Shown here in pieces: positions 59,724 to 64,000 of a stretch of DNA of 64,000 bases. The notes below the pieces were generated by a model. It was not told the origin of the DNA. It made no database searches and was given only the letters and a program-made list of their open reading frames with translations. The DNA comes from Squalus acanthias (taxonomy: Eukaryota): NCBI GenBank assembly GCA_030390025.1, contig JASTWF010000035.1, positions 1,550,001-1,614,000 of the forward strand, in the 5' to 3' direction. The translations under genes were made by a program, and so were the position numbers. How positions within the stretch are numbered: the first letter of the stretch is position 1; each line of letters begins with the position of its first letter.

Positions 59724-62700
59724 GCCTCTGTCCTCTCTCCCTCTGTCCTCTCTCCCTCTGTCCTCTGTCCTCTCTCCCTTGGTCCTCTGTCCTCTCTCCC
59801 TCTGTCCTCTCTCCCTTGGTCCTCTGTCCTCTCTCCCTCTGTCCTCTCTCCCTCGGTCCTCTGTCCTCTCTCCCTCTGTCCTCTCTCCCTTGGTCCTCTG
59901 TCCTCTCTCCCTCTGTCCTCTCTCCCTCGGTCCTCTGTCCTCTCTCCCTCTGTCCTCTGTCCTCTCTCCCTCTGTCCTCTGTCCTCTCTCCCTTGGTCCT
60001 CTGTCCTCTCTCCCTCGGTCCTCTGTCCTCTGTCCTCTCTCCCTCGGTCCTCTGTCCTCTGTCCTCTCTCCCTCTGTCCTCTCTCCCTCTGTCCTCTGTC
60101 CTCTCTCCCTCTGTCCTCTGTCCTCTCTCCCTCTGTCCTCTGTCCTCTCTCCCTCTGTCCTCTGTCCTCTCTCCCTCTGTCCTCTCTCCCTCGGTCCTCT
60201 GTCCTCTGTCCTCTCTCCCTCTGTCCTCTCTCCCTCGGTCCTCTGTCCTCTGTCCTCTCTCCCTCTGTCCTCTCTCCCTCGGTCCTCTGTCCTCTCTCCC
60301 TCTGTCCTCTCTCCCTCGGTCCTCTGTCCGCTCTCCCTCTGTCCTCTCTCCCTCGGTCCTCTGTCCTCTCTCCCTCGGTCCTCTGTCCTCTCTCCCTCGG
60401 TCCTCACTCCCTCGGTCCTCTGTCCTCTCTCCCTCGGTCCTCTGTCCTCTCTCCCTCGGTCCTCTGTCCTCTCTCCCTCTGTCCTCTGTCCTCTCTCCCT
60501 CGGTCCTCTGTCCTCTCTCCCTCGGTCCTCTCTCCCTCGGTCCTCTGTCCTCTCTCCCTCGGTCCTCTGTCCTCTCTCCCTTGGTCCTCTGTCCTCTCTC
60601 CCTCTGTCCTCTGTCCTCTCTCCCTCGGTCCTCTGTCCTCTCTCCCTTGGTCCTCTGTCCTCTCTCCCTCTGTCCTCTGTCCTCTCTCCCTCTGTCCTCT
60701 CTCCCTTGGTCCTCTGTCCTCTCTCCCTCTGTCCTCTCTCCCTCGGTCCTCTGTCCTCTCTCCCTCGGTCCTCTGTCCTCTCTCCCTCTGTCCTCTCTCC
60801 CTTGGTCCTCTGTCCTCTCTCCCTCTGTCCTCTGTCCTCTCTCCCTCTGTCCTCTGTCCTCTCTCCCTCTGTCCTCTGTCCTCTCTCCCTCTGTCCTCTG
60901 TCCTCTCTCCCTCTGTCCTCTCTCCCTTGGTCCTCTGTCCTCTCTCCCTCTGTCCTCTCTCCCTTGGTCCTCTGTCCTCTCTCCCTCTGTCCTCTCTCTC
61001 TCGGTCCTCTGTCCTCTCTCCCTCTGTCCTCTCTCCCTCGGTACTCTGGTCTCTCTCCCTCGGTCCTCTGTCCTCTCTCCCTCTGTCCTCTCTCCCTTGG
61101 TCCTCTGTCCTCTCTCCCTCTGTCCTCTCTCCCTTGGTCCTCTGTCCTCTCTCCCTCTGTCCTCTGTCCTCTCTCCCTCTGTCCTCTGTCCTCTCTCCCT
61201 CTGTCCTCTGTCCTCTCTCCCTCGGTCCTCTCTCCCTCGGTCCTCTGTCCTCTCTCCCTCTGTCCTCTGTCCTCTCTCCCTCTGTCCTCTGTCCTCTCTT
61301 CCTCTGTCCTCTCTCCCTCTGTCCTCTGTCCTCTCTTCCTCTGTCCTCTCTCCCTCGGTCCTCTGTCCTCTCTCCCTCTGTCCTCTCTCCCTCTGTCCTC
61401 TCTCCCTCTGTCCTCTGTCCTCTCTCCCTCTGTCCTCTCTCCCTCTATCCTCTGTCCTCTCTCCCTCTGTCCTCTGTCCTCTCTCCCTCTGTCCTCTCTC
61501 CCTCTGTCCTCTCTCCCTTGGTCCTCTGTCCTCTCTCCCTCTGTCCTCTCTCCCTTGGTCCTCTGTCCTCTCTCCCTCTGTCCTCTCTCCCTTGGTCCTC
61601 TGTCCTCTCTCCCTCTGTCCTCTGTCCTCTCTCCCTCTGTCCTCTGTCCTCTCTCCCTCTGTCCTCTCTCCCTCGGTCCTCTCTCCCTCGGTCCTCTGTC
61701 CTCTCTCCCTCTGTCCTCTGTCCTCTCTCCCTCTGTCCTCTGTCCTCTCTCCCTCTGTCCTCTCTCCCTCGGTACTCTGTCCTCTCTCCCTCGGTTCTCT
61801 GTCCTCTCTCCCTCTGTCCTCTCTCCCTCTGTCCTCTCTCCCTCTGTCCTCTGTCCTCTCTCCCTCTGTCCTCTCTCCCTCTATCCTCTGTCCTCTCTCC
61901 CTCTGTCCTCTGTCCTCTCTCCCTCTGTCCTCTCTCCCTCTGTCCTCTCTCCCTCTGTCCTCTGTCCTCTCTCCCTCTGTCCTCTGTCCTCTCTCCCTCT
62001 GTCCTCTGTCCTCTCTCCCTCTGTCCTCTGTCCTCTCTCCCTCTGTCCTCTGTCCTCTCTCCCTCTGTCCTCTCTCCCTCTGTCCTCTCTCCCTCTGTCC
62101 TCTGTCCTCTCTCCCTCTGTCCTCTGTCCTCTCTCCCTCTGTCCTCTCTCCCTCTGTCCTCTCTCCCTCTGTCCTCTGTCCTCTCTCCCTCGGTCCTCTC
62201 TCCCTCGGTCCTCTGTCCTCTCTCCCTCTGTCCTCTGTCCTCTCTCCCTCTGTCCTCTGTCCTCTCTCCCTCTGTCCTCTGTCCTCTCTCCCTCTGTCCT
62301 CTGTCCTCTCTCCCTCGGTCCTCTGTCCTCTCTCCCTCTGTCCTCTGTCCTCTCTCCCTCTGTCCTCTGTCCTCTCTCCCTCGGTCCTCTGTCCTCTCTC
62401 CCTCGGTCCTCTGTCCTCTCTCCCTCTGTCCTCTCTCCCTCTGTCCTCTGTCCCCTCTCCCTCTGTCCTCTGTCCTCTCTCCCTCTGTCCTCTGTCCTCT
62501 CTCCCTCGGTACTCTGTCCTCTCTCCCTTGGTCCTCTGTCCTCTCTCCCTCGGTCCTCTGTCCTCTCTCCCTCTGTCCTCTGTCCTCTCTCCCTCTGTCC
62601 TCTGTCCTCTCTCCCTCGGTCCTCTGTCCTCTCTCCCTCGGTCCTCTGTCCTCTCTCCCTCTGTCCTCTGTCCTCTCTCCCTCTGTCCTCTGTCCTCTCT

Positions 62701-63025
62701 CCCTCGGTCCTCTGTCCTCTCTCCCTCGGTCCTCTGTCCTCTCTCCCTCGGTCCTCTGTCCTCTCTCCCTCGGTCCTCTGTCCTCTCTCCCTCGGTCCTC
62801 TGTCCGCTCTCCCTCGGTCCTCTGTCCTCTCTCCCTTGGTCCTCTGTCCTCTCTCCCTCTGTCCTCTGTCCTCTCTCCCTCTGTCCTCTGTCCTCTCTCC
62901 CTCTGTCCTCTGTCCTCTCTCCCTCTGTCCTCTGTCCTCTCTCCCTCGGTCCTCTGTCCTCTCTCCCTCGGTCCTCTGTCCTCTCTCCCTTGGTCCTCTG
63001 TCCTCTCTCCCTCTGTCCTCTGTCT
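59724..63025. repeat. 3.3-kb pyrimidine-rich compound minisatellite (15-bp CTCTGTCCTCTCTCC and 7-bp CTCTGTC units)
   Basis: Directly visible; explains the 1200-1370-aa ORFs in several frames. Confidence 0.98.
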
Positions 63026-63256
63026 TCCTCCACTTCTGTGCTCTCGCTCCCTCTCCCACGGTTCTCAACCTCCCTCTCCTGCAGTCCTTTATCTCTCTCT
63101 CCCTCTCCCGCTGTGCTCTGCCTCCTGTCCCGCAGATCCCTTCCTCCCTCTCCCACTGTTCACTCTCTCTCTCCCTCCCTCTCCCGCTGTTCTCTACCTC
63201 CCTCTCCCGTTGTGCTCTCCCTCCCTCTCCCACTGTTCACTCTCTCTCTCTCCCTC

Positions 63257-64000
63257 TCAGCCTAACATCTGTGGTGGGTAAAATTTTGGAGTCTATTATT
63301 AAGGAGACAGTAACGGAACATTTAGATAAACATAATTTAATAGGACAAAGTCAGCATGGCTTTATGAAGGGGAAGTCATGTCTGACAAATTTGCTTGAGT
63401 TCTTTGAGGACATAACGTACAGGGTGGATAAAGGGGAACCAGTGGATGTAGTGTATTTAGACTTCCAGAAGGCATTCGACAAGGTGCCACATAAAAGATT
63501 ATTACTCAAGACAAAAAATCACTGGATTGGGGGTAATATTCTGGCATGGGTGGAGGATTGATTATCTAACAGGAAGCAGAGAGTTGGGATAAATGGTTCA
63601 TTCTCGGACTGGCAACCAGTAGCCAGTGGTGTTCCGCAGGGGTCGGTGCTGGGTCCCCAACTCTTTACAATCTATATTAACGATTTGGAGGAGGGGACCG
63701 AGTGTAACATATCAAAGTTTGCAGATGATACAAAGATGGGAGGGAAAGTAGAGAGTGAGGAGGACATAAAAAACCTATAAGGGGATATAGACAGGCTGGG
63801 AGAGTGGGCAGAGATTTGGCAGATGCAATACAATATTGGAAAATGTGAGGTTATGCATTTTGGCAGGAAAAATCAGAGAGCAAGTTATTATCTTAATGGC
63901 GAGAAACTGGAAAGTACTGCAGTACAAAGGGATCTGGGGGTCTTGGTGCAAGAAAATCAAAAAGTTAGTATGCAGGTGCAGCAGGTGATCAAGAAAGCCA
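63257..64000 (+). mobile_element. CR1 RT fragment running off the window
   Basis: [53 protein letters not shown]. Confidence 0.92.

Noticed and set aside
59439..63561. ORFs of 1180-1370 aa (SPSVLCPL / ERGQRTEG repeats)
   Set aside because: Translations of a CT-rich minisatellite that is open in several frames on both strands.

Overview
Repeat-dominated eukaryotic DNA, most likely an intron-rich locus of a cartilaginous fish (shark). This is inferred from HE1-type and SacSINE1/Deu-type SINEs and HER1/CR1-type LINEs; no database search was run. Most of the window is nested mobile elements: many CR1 LINEs (one with intact ORF1 and ORF2 at 52052-56610), a second LINE family, Penelope-like (GIY-YIG) fragments, a decayed two-gene Harbinger transposon with several Harbinger-type MITEs, a Tigger/pogo-type MITE, SINEs and four long minisatellites. 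Highlights: (1) a deleted endogenous retrovirus (8740-15479) whose env resembles the foamy-virus/lokiretrovirus envelope; (2) four minimal hammerhead ribozyme motifs in the Penelope-like 3' ends; (3) small host exons of an ADAM metalloprotease that lie on opposite strands either side of a 200-N gap, which suggests a mis-oriented contig or two paralogues. Most long ORFs in the supplied track are artefacts of tandem repeats or antisense LINE frames. Family names come from motif recognition by eye.
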